From Thermoplasmata archaeon (GTDB lineage: Archaea; Thermoplasmatota; Thermoplasmata; RBG-16-68-12; JAJISG01): a stretch of 64,000 nt of DNA. This document shows, piece after piece, positions 1-7,040 of the stretch. The notes beneath the pieces were generated by a model. That model was given only the letters and a program-made list of their open reading frames with translations, searched no databases and was not told the origin of the DNA. Location: contig JBHIBO010000009.1 in assembly GCA_046759185.1 (NCBI GenBank), positions 194 to 64,193 on the forward strand, given 5' to 3'. The stretch's first letter is position 1, and each line of letters starts with the position of its first letter. A program made the position numbers and the translations under genes.

Positions 1-9
1 GGAGGCTGC

Positions 10-1980
10 CTAGGCAGGGCCCCCCTGGGCGGGATTCGCCAAGGTCAGGGACTGGAGAGACAGGTTGTAGGCGCAGAGGTCCCGCAGGCTGCACGCCTCG
101 CACGCCGGGTTCGTGGGGCGACAGGTCGTTTGACCGTGCCGTACGAACAGTTCGTTCACCTCCACCCATAGGGACTGCGGGAGGAGCTGCCGCAAAGCCT
201 CCTCCGTCTCCCATTCGTCGCTGGTGTGGATGAGACCGATTCGGTTGGGGATGCGGTGGCAGTGGACATCCACCGGGATGGCCGGTTCACCGTACCCGTA
301 CACGAGGACGCAGTTCGCCGTCTTCCGCCCGACCAGGGGAAGGGTCAGGAGCTCGTCCATGTCTCCGGGAACCTCGCCCGCATATTCCCCCACAACGCGT
401 GCGGCGATCTCGCGGATGGCCTTGGCTTTCGTGCGGTAGAAGTTGGCGGGCCGGATGATCGCTTCGATTTCCTCCAAGGGCGCGTTCGCCAGCGCCTTGG
501 CTGTGGGATAGCGTGCGAACAGGGCCTCGGAGACGGCAGCGGTGGTGGGGTCCGCCGTGCGTTGCGAGAGGACCGTGGAGACCAGGACCACGAAGGGGTC
601 CTCCGTCCTGCGGGTGATCCGCCCGAGGGCCGTCTCCAACTCCGCAGACGCAAACGTGCCCGGAAGGTATGCCTCCTTGAGCCTCTGAATCACCTCTCGC
701 GTCCGCTGTTCCTTCCAGCCCTCTAGGTGCGTGAGTGCCTCCCCGGCCGTGTAGAGCGAACCCGTGATGAGAACAACTTCATGGGGTTCCGCCTCCGCCA
801 GGGCAAATCCCACAGCTTTGGCGACGGGGGTAATGACCTTTGCATGAGGGACATCCAGGTCCTTGGCCGCCGCCTCAGCGGAAAGGGCCCGGTCCGTGTC
901 CGGTTGGGTGACGACGATTTGGCGAACCAAAGGTGCGAGTTCTGCGGCAATGCCACGCGGATCCTTGTCGTTCAAGACGCCCAAGACCGCGACAGCCTCG
1001 CGTCCGGGAAAGACCTCAGCCAGCGTCTCTCGGAGCCTCCGGGCTCCATCCGGGGTGTGGGTGGAATCGACCACAACGGTCGGTGCGTGGTGGACCACCT
1101 CAAACCGGGCGGGCCAACGGGTCGTCCGGAACCCCTCCCGGACCGATCGCCGGCCGACGTTCCATCCGCGCTCTCCCAGGCTTTGGAGGGCCCCGTACGC
1201 GAGAGCCGCGTTCTCCGGTTGGTAGGTCCCGAGGAGGGGAGTGCGATAAGTACGCCCTGCCAAGGTGAAGGTCTGCCCCTCCAGGCCGTTCGAGATACGG
1301 TTGAAGTGAATGTTCCGACCCACCACGTGGAGGGGTGCCCCGACCTCCTCGCAACGAACGGCGATCTCCCTCAGGGCCTCCTGGTCCACCGTCCAGAGGG
1401 GAGTCCCCTCCTTCACGATGCCCGCCTTTTCCCGAGCAATGCGTGACACGGTTTTGCCGAGGAACTGCGTGTGTTCCCGCTCGATGTGGGTGATGACGGT
1501 GACGAGAGGTCGGAGGACGTTGGTGGCATCCAGCCGTCCCCCCATGCCCACTTCCACCACCCCGAGGTCCACCTCGCGCTCCCGAAAGTAGCGAAAGGCC
1601 ATGGCCGTGGTGAACTCGAAGAAGGTGGGCTGAAACGCCTCGCTCCGAGCCTGGAGCGCCTCTGCGTGGGGGCGGATGGCCTCCGTCAACCGGACGACCT
1701 CCGCGTTCGAGATGGCCTTCCCATCGACCTGGATCCGCTCGTTGAAGTGGACCAAGTGGGGGGAGGTGTAGAGGCCCACCCGATACCCGGCCTGGCGTAA
1801 GATGGCATCCAGGAAAGCGCAGACGGACCCCTTCCCCTTGCTCCCTGCGACGTGAATGCTGGGGAGCGCCTCGTGAGGGTTCCCGAGGCGGTCCAGAAGC
1901 TGGAGGACGTTGTCGAGGCCGAGCCGGACGCCCAGGCGTTCCAGCCCGTAGAGGTAATCCAGGCTTGCCTCGTACCCCAT
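10..1980 (-). CDS. Fusion protein: folylpolyglutamate synthase-like Mur ligase (FolC) N-terminal part fused to endonuclease III (Nth, HhH-GPD with 4Fe-4S) C-terminal part
   Basis: One uninterrupted 694-aa ORF. The N-terminal part carries the Mur-ligase P-loop VAGSKGKGS and a FolC-like body. The C-terminal ~210 aa has the HhH motif LPLVGRKTANCVL, the VDVH catalytic region, and the C-x6-C-x2-C-x5-C cluster-binding motif (CRPTNPACEACSLRDLC) typical of Nth. Start assigned to the internal ATG at MGYEASLDYLYG (1980); ATG at 2043 is an alternative. Confidence 0.7.
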   Translation of the reverse strand: MGYEASLDYLYGLERLGVRLGLDNVLQLLDRLGNPHEALPSIHVAGSKGKGSVCAFLDAILRQAGYRVGLYTSPHLVHFNERIQVDGKAISNAEVVRLTEAIRPHAEALQARSEAFQPTFFEFTTAMAFRYFREREVDLGVVEVGMGGRLDATNVLRPLVTVITHIEREHTQFLGKTVSRIAREKAGIVKEGTPLWTVDQEALREIAVRCEEVGAPLHVVGRNIHFNRISNGLEGQTFTLAGRTYRTPLLGTYQPENAALAYGALQSLGERGWNVGRRSVREGFRTTRWPARFEVVHHAPTVVVDSTHTPDGARRLRETLAEVFPGREAVAVLGVLNDKDPRGIAAELAPLVRQIVVTQPDTDRALSAEAAAKDLDVPHAKVITPVAKAVGFALAEAEPHEVVLITGSLYTAGEALTHLEGWKEQRTREVIQRLKEAYLPGTFASAELETALGRITRRTEDPFVVLVSTVLSQRTADPTTAAVSEALFARYPTAKALANAPLEEIEAIIRPANFYRTKAKAIREIAARVVGEYAGEVPGDMDELLTLPLVGRKTANCVLVYGYGEPAIPVDVHCHRIPNRIGLIHTSDEWETEEALRQLLPQSLWVEVNELFVRHGQTTCRPTNPACEACSLRDLCAYNLSLQSLTLANPAQGGPA

Positions 1981-2056
1981 GTCATCTGCGCTAAGGCTGG
2001 CGTCGTTCCATAAACCTTCCCGATTCCTGGTTGCGTCCCCCATCCTGGCGCGAATA

Positions 2057-2065
2057 TCTATAAGA
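2057..2065 (+). promoter_or_regulatory. TATA-box-like element TCTATAAGA 24-32 nt upstream of the coaBC ATG (leaderless-type promoter) in the divergent intergenic region
   Basis: AT-rich TCTATAAGA lies inside an otherwise GC-rich 108-nt spacer between the divergent FolC-Nth and coaBC genes. Confidence 0.4.
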
Positions 2066-2088
2066 GACCTGAGGGGGATTGATGCGCG

Positions 2089-3291
2089 ATGCACCCCAGC
2101 GAGGCCATCAGGGGCACGGCGGGGGAAGAGCTGCTGGGGAAGACCGTGGTCCTAGCGGTCTCGGGGAGCATCGCTGCCGTCGAGGCGGTCAAGCTCGCCC
2201 GAGAACTGGTTCGTCACGGGGCCGACGTCTATGGGGTCATGAGCGAGGCGGCCCTAGGCATCATCCACCCCAACGCCCTCTGGTTCGCCTCGGGCCGCCC
2301 GCCCGTGGTCGAGCTCGACGGTTCGGTCGCCTACCTGGACCTCTGCGGAAGGCAGGGGAAGGCGGACCTCTTCCTCGTCGCCCCCGCCACGGCGAACACA
2401 ATTTCCAAGATGGCCACCGGGGTGGACGATACCACCGTCACGACGTTTGCCACCACCGCCCTCGGAGCCGGACTCCCGATTCTTGTGGCGCCTGCCATGG
2501 ACGCCGTCATGTTCGACCAGCCCCTTCTCCAAGAGAACATCCGAAAACTGGAGGACTTGGGCGTGGAGTTCGTCGAGCCCCTCCGGGCCGAGGAGAAGGC
2601 CAAGATGGCGGAGGTAGAGTCCGTCGTGGCCCGCACGATGCGTCGACTGGGGCCTCGCGACATGGTGGGACAGAGGGTCCTCGTCATCGCGGGCTCCACG
2701 GCGGAACCCTTGGACGATATTCGTGTTCTTACGAACCGGAGTACCGGTGAGATGGGAATCGAGCTTGCACGGTCGGCCTTCCTCCGTGGGGCCGACGTGG
2801 AACTGTGGTTGGGGCAAGCCTCGTCCGCCGTCCCCTCCTACCTGAGCGCGTGGGGGTTCGAGACGACGGAGGAACTCTTGGGCCGGGTCTCCGAGATTGA
2901 TCACGACCTCTGCGCCGTCCCCGCCGCCATCGGGGACTACGTTCCGGAACCCGTGGAGGGCAAGGTCCCCTCGGGATCTCCTTCTTGGACGGTGGAGCTG
3001 CGCCCGAACGATCGGGTTCTGGAGCGCATCCGGGACGCCTTTTCCGGGACCCTCATCGGGTTCAAGCTCGAGTCGGGCGTCGGGCGGAAGGAGCTCGTGA
3101 GCCGGGCGAAAGGGCGTCTCGAGGAACTGAAGCTGGACTACATGGTCGCCAATGAATGGCAGGACGTGAAGCCAGGCTACACTGAGGCGGTACTCCTCAA
3201 CGGTTCGGGTGACCGCCAGGAACTTAGGGGCTCCAAACGGGAGGTCGCGGCTAGTTTGTGGGGGGCCGTTCTCGGTGGCCTCGCAGGGTAG
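2089..3291 (+). CDS. coaBC: Bifunctional phosphopantothenoylcysteine decarboxylase / phosphopantothenate-cysteine ligase (CoaBC, Dfp)
   Basis: N-terminal flavoprotein domain (KTVVLAVSGSIAAVEAVKLAREL) plus a C-terminal CoaB ligase domain; 400 aa; ATG at 2089. Confidence 0.85.
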   Translation: MHPSEAIRGTAGEELLGKTVVLAVSGSIAAVEAVKLARELVRHGADVYGVMSEAALGIIHPNALWFASGRPPVVELDGSVAYLDLCGRQGKADLFLVAPATANTISKMATGVDDTTVTTFATTALGAGLPILVAPAMDAVMFDQPLLQENIRKLEDLGVEFVEPLRAEEKAKMAEVESVVARTMRRLGPRDMVGQRVLVIAGSTAEPLDDIRVLTNRSTGEMGIELARSAFLRGADVELWLGQASSAVPSYLSAWGFETTEELLGRVSEIDHDLCAVPAAIGDYVPEPVEGKVPSGSPSWTVELRPNDRVLERIRDAFSGTLIGFKLESGVGRKELVSRAKGRLEELKLDYMVANEWQDVKPGYTEAVLLNGSGDRQELRGSKREVAASLWGAVLGGLAG

Positions 3292-3328
3292 CGCGTTCTG
3301 TCCCGGGCACCTCACGGCCTTCTTCCAG

Positions 3329-4144
3329 ATGCGCCCGCACGCAGACCCGTATCGAGCCGGATCTCGGGGCGCTGGCCTCAGCCTGTCTCGGGGCGTTCAC
3401 ACAAAGGTCCAGGCGAAGGATGCCTCGAAGGAACGGATTACCGTTCGGCTCAACGGCTACCTGGAACCGGCGGAGACAACGGAGCGTGCTGTTTCGCTCT
3501 TCCTGGAGGAACCCCTTGATGTTCGGGTGGACTCGGAGGTCCAGCTTCCCATAGGCCAGGGCTTTGGCATGAGCGGAGCGGGGGCCCTCAGCACCGTGCT
3601 TGCGCTGAACGAAGCCTTGGGCGAGCCCCGCAGCCGCGACGAGGTCATCGCGGTCGCACACCGCGCGGAGGTCGAGGCGCAGACGGGTCTCGGGGATGTC
3701 TATCCACAGGCCCTGGGCGGGCTGGACATTCGGGAACGACCTGGCGCCCCTCCCCACGGCCTCGTCCACCGGGTTCCCTTGGAGGCGGATGTCGTCCTGG
3801 TCGTCCTCGGCGATCCCTCCTACACGAAGGCGGTCCTGGACAATCCCATGGTACGAAGAAGCGTGAATGGCGTAGGAAAGCGGATGGTGGATCGCTTCCT
3901 CCCGCGTCGTGACCTCGACAGCTTCTTCCGTCTCTCTTGGCTCTTCGCCCGCCAGACGCTGTTGGCCACGTCGGAGATCCAGGCCGCGGTCATGCTTGCG
4001 AGCCTGTACGGGCAAGCCTCGATGGTCTTCCTGGGAAATTCCGTATTCGCCATCGGACAGACGGAGCAGCTGAAGGAGGCGCTGGACGAATCGGGCGACG
4101 TCGTCGTCGTGGGTGTGGACAACCGTGGCGCCCAGGTTGTGTGA
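3329..4144 (+). CDS. GHMP-family kinase, probably archaeal pantoate kinase (CoA pathway)
   Basis: GHMP ATP-binding motif PIGQGFGMSGAGALS. The gene sits immediately downstream of coaBC, as pantoate kinase does in archaea. Start placed at the internal ATG (MRPHADPY) after the coaBC stop. Confidence 0.55.
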   Translation: MRPHADPYRAGSRGAGLSLSRGVHTKVQAKDASKERITVRLNGYLEPAETTERAVSLFLEEPLDVRVDSEVQLPIGQGFGMSGAGALSTVLALNEALGEPRSRDEVIAVAHRAEVEAQTGLGDVYPQALGGLDIRERPGAPPHGLVHRVPLEADVVLVVLGDPSYTKAVLDNPMVRRSVNGVGKRMVDRFLPRRDLDSFFRLSWLFARQTLLATSEIQAAVMLASLYGQASMVFLGNSVFAIGQTEQLKEALDESGDVVVVGVDNRGAQVV

Positions 4145-4444
4145 TCAGAGCAGGGTGAACAACTGGTCGTCGCCACCGGTATCCAAGACCCCGAGTCGGG
4201 CCCCCGCGTCGAGCCACCCATGGGCGTAGTTCACCGCGGCGAAGGCCTCCACAGACCGACCCGTCTTCCGAAAGTGCGTGGCGTCCTCGTAGTAGGCGCG
4301 CGCCATCCCCAGGTAGTCCTGGGCAATCTGCCCGACGTACGAGCGTTCCGGGGCGATGACCTCCACCGCCTCCAAGGCTCGCTTCGTCAGCTCCAAGTCC
4401 TTCTCCAGCTTCGCCTCCAAGGCCCCGCTCATGACCCGCCTCAT
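4145..4444 (-). CDS. Small conserved hypothetical protein (99 aa, helical)
   Basis: Clean ORF with ATG start and a balanced, charged/helical sequence; no recognisable catalytic motif. Confidence 0.45.
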   Translation of the reverse strand: MRRVMSGALEAKLEKDLELTKRALEAVEVIAPERSYVGQIAQDYLGMARAYYEDATHFRKTGRSVEAFAAVNYAHGWLDAGARLGVLDTGGDDQLFTLL

Positions 4445-4676
4445 CGCCTCCCGGCGGAAAAGGCCCGCGATTCGGCTCTCGTCTGGAATCAGGCCGGATT
4501 CTCACGGCGACAGCCTCAAGAAGCCCATCACGCCCGTCCGTGATAGTGAGCAGCAATCCCCCCGGATTGAAGCAGGTCTACGGCCGTGCATTTCTCATCC
4601 AATTGGACCGAGGGGATGTGGAACTCGCCCGGGTCTTTGCTCGCGCCATGCTCCTGACCAACGGGAACGGGAACGG

Positions 4677-5276
4677 CTAGGCCTGAAGGCGGGCGAGGAC
4701 CGCCTCCTCCGCGGCCTCGGCCATCTTGGTCCGGGGAAGCGAGCCATCGAGGTTCACGAAACGGGGGGACTGGGCAAGCTCCTCGTACACCTGCTGCACC
4801 CTGGTCAAGAACGCAGTCCGCTCGAAGGGGCTGCGAGCCCGGGTGGCCGAAATGCGCGCCAGTCCTTCGGCGGGGTCAACGAGGAGCAGCAGGGTGAGAT
4901 CGGGTTCGAGCGTGATGAAGCTGGAGGCCCGTTCCAGCCAGTCCCGGGGGTCGTCCACTCTTCCTTCCAAGGCGACTCGTTGGTACGCCAGGGTCGAGTC
5001 CTGAAAGCGATCGCAAAGGACCACCTTCCCCTCGGACAGCCACCCCGTTATCCTCTCGACATGTACACCTCGGTCGGCCAAGAAGAGGAGGGTCTGGACG
5101 CGGGGATCTTCGTCCTCCTCCACCGCCCGTCGGACGGCATCCCCCAGCCACGAGCTCGTCGGCTCCTTTGTCTGGACGACGTCGATTCTGGTCTCTTGCA
5201 GGCGACGGGCTAGGCTCCTCGTCAGGGTGCTCTTTCCGGCGCCATCGATCCCCTCGAGGGTCACGAAGAGGGCCAC
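4677..5276 (-). CDS. tmk: Thymidylate kinase
   Basis: P-loop LEGIDGAGKST and dTMP-kinase body. The first 26 codons of the ORF-track ORF (MRYIKVF...) overlap a TATA-like box and are not coding; start re-assigned to the in-frame GTG at 5276 (VALFVTLEG). Confidence 0.8.
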   Translation of the reverse strand: MALFVTLEGIDGAGKSTLTRSLARRLQETRIDVVQTKEPTSSWLGDAVRRAVEEDEDPRVQTLLFLADRGVHVERITGWLSEGKVVLCDRFQDSTLAYQRVALEGRVDDPRDWLERASSFITLEPDLTLLLLVDPAEGLARISATRARSPFERTAFLTRVQQVYEELAQSPRFVNLDGSLPRTKMAEAAEEAVLARLQA

Positions 5277-5340
5277 GGGGCTTCCAAGAAGACGGCTCAG
5301 ATAAAGAAGCCGGAGGGAGAGAGGTCCCCGATTGAAAACC

Positions 5341-5349
5341 TTAATATAA
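5341..5349 (-). promoter_or_regulatory. TATA-box-like element (TTATATTAA on the minus strand) upstream of tmk
   Basis: AT-rich TTATATTAA inside a GC-rich spacer. It falls within the first codons of the ORF-track tmk ORF, which supports the downstream GTG start. Confidence 0.4.
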
Positions 5350-5557
5350 CGCACGTTTCTCCCGCTGCAGCCGGGAGGTTTTGAGGGGGCCGGGCCATCG
5401 CGTTTGAGCTGCGTCGGGACAACAGGCGGTTCGAGGACGTGGAGGACCGAGTCGGTTATTGTCGTCGATGTGGAGCTAGGCTCATTCTTCTCCCCAACGA
5501 CCGAAGGCAGGGTTACTGCTTCGACTGTCTCGATCTGCTCGAGATTGAGCGGTGACG

Positions 5558-6223
5558 TTACGGGGCGTCGCTGCCCTCGACCGTCACGCGGAGGCGTCCG
5601 ACACCCGAGACGCGAAGGTCAAGGCGATCCCCGGGGCGGACACGAGGCACGTTGGCAGGGGTCCCCGTTGCGATGACGTCCCCCCGTTCGAGGGTGATGC
5701 GGGTCGAGATGGCAGCCACGATGCCCGGGATGCGATGCACCATCTCGGCCGTGGAACCTCTCTGACGCAACTCCCCGTTCACCTCCAGGCATATCTCCAG
5801 GTCGTGGGGATCTCCCACATCTTCCCGGGGACGAAGCTTGGAAATGGGGGCGAAGCCGTCCATGCCCTTCGCCAACGTCCAGGGCAAGCCTTCGGCCATG
5901 GCGACGCGCTGCAGCTCCCGGGCCGTGATGTCGAGGAAGGCGCAGTATCCGAGGATGGAACCCTCGGCCTCCGAGGCTGGAACGGATTTCGTAGTGGCCC
6001 CCATCACGAAGGCCAATTCCGCCTCCGCCTCGAGGACCCCTGCCCCGAGAGGAGTAACGACCCGTCCCTCCTCGTGAAGCAGGGCGGTGGCGGGTTTGAG
6101 GAAGTAGACCGGTTCCGGTGGCGGCTCTGTCCCGCCCTCTCGGGCGTGGGCGCGGTAGTTACGGACGAGGCCGAGAATCTTGCCGACCCGAATCCTGCCG
6201 TCCGGTGTCTCCACCCAGCTCAT
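5558..6223 (-). CDS. Fumarylacetoacetate hydrolase (FAH) family protein (2-keto-4-pentenoate hydratase-like)
   Basis: FAH-fold signatures: YFLKPATAL, EAELAFVMG, GDVIATGTP. Confidence 0.8.
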   Translation of the reverse strand: MSWVETPDGRIRVGKILGLVRNYRAHAREGGTEPPPEPVYFLKPATALLHEEGRVVTPLGAGVLEAEAELAFVMGATTKSVPASEAEGSILGYCAFLDITARELQRVAMAEGLPWTLAKGMDGFAPISKLRPREDVGDPHDLEICLEVNGELRQRGSTAEMVHRIPGIVAAISTRITLERGDVIATGTPANVPRVRPGDRLDLRVSGVGRLRVTVEGSDAP

Positions 6224-6230
6224 GGCATCC

Positions 6231-7040
6231 CTACGCAGGGGGCTGAGAGGTGCGATCGATACGGGCTACCCGGGAGCGGGCGAGACTGATGGCGATGAGG
6301 GCCATCACCGCCGCCACGATGATTCCGAAGGCCGCAGCGACCTCTCCGACGTCTTGGACGAAGAGCTCCCCCAGGCCGGCGAGGAAATTGAAGGTCCCGT
6401 GCATGAGGACGGCCAGGAGGTAGAAGGGGAGGAGGGTCTTGCCGGGCACCAACCTGCTCACGGCCACGCCGTACCCGAAGGTCCCGGTGGCGGAGGCATG
6501 AAGGAGGGCGGAGGAGAAGCTCCGCACACCGATGAGAACCAACGAGGCGCCCAGGCCGCCCGCGGCGAAGGCGACGGCCCCGAAGGCCAGGTTCTCCGTG
6601 GCCGCGAACCCGAGCCCGGCGGAGGCACCGTACACGATGCCGTCCTCCACTTCGTTGATGCTTTCCGCGACCCGGAAGACGCCGAGCCCCTTGGCAAACT
6701 CCTCCGTGACGGGAGCCACGATGATGAGGAGCACCAGGACCCCCAGGTTGAGCTGAGATTCCAGGGCATCGACGAGGCCGACGTGGATGTGGCGGAGCAG
6801 GAAGGTTCCGGCCTCGAGAAGGACCGTGGCGAGGAGGAGGCTCAGAATGACGGCGACGATGACCCCGATGAAGGCGCCCCAGAGAAACGCCCGGAACACC
6901 CGCTGCCAGGGCTCCCTATCGTACCGCTCCGAATTCCGGAACCAGGCCACGAAGATGATGGGCGGGAGGAAGGCAAAGAAGATGAGGACCAGGATTACGG
7001 GGATCGAGAGAAGCCCTATCTGGGCGACGATGTCGATCAT
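6231..7040 (-). CDS. PrsW-family intramembrane metalloprotease
   Basis: Multi-TM protein with the EEFAKG (EExxK) motif and downstream FxxxH/HxxxN-like motifs typical of PrsW (DUF2324). Confidence 0.65.
   Translation of the reverse strand: MIDIVAQIGLLSIPVILVLIFFAFLPPIIFVAWFRNSERYDREPWQRVFRAFLWGAFIGVIVAVILSLLLATVLLEAGTFLLRHIHVGLVDALESQLNLGVLVLLIIVAPVTEEFAKGLGVFRVAESINEVEDGIVYGASAGLGFAATENLAFGAVAFAAGGLGASLVLIGVRSFSSALLHASATGTFGYGVAVSRLVPGKTLLPFYLLAVLMHGTFNFLAGLGELFVQDVGEVAAAFGIIVAAVMALIAISLARSRVARIDRTSQPPA

Noticed and set aside
727-1446. 239-aa plus-strand ORF (and several others) antisense to the FolC-Nth gene
   Set aside because: It lies entirely inside a gene with strong motifs on the other strand. 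Its composition is Arg/Gly/Pro-rich, typical of antisense frames in high-GC DNA.
3990-4556. 188-aa minus-strand ORF overlapping the end of the pantoate-kinase gene and the small conserved gene
   Set aside because: Out of frame with two better-supported genes; low-complexity Gly/Arg/Pro-rich product.
4677-5354. Full-length tmk ORF starting at 5354
   Set aside because: The first codons coincide with a TATA-like box, and the kinase P-loop begins immediately after an in-frame GTG at 5276. The longer N-terminus is unlike thymidylate kinases.
5355-5557. Possible tRNA in the tmk upstream spacer (GGTTCGAGG T-loop-like sequence)
   Set aside because: No acceptor or T-stem complementarity could be built around it by hand.
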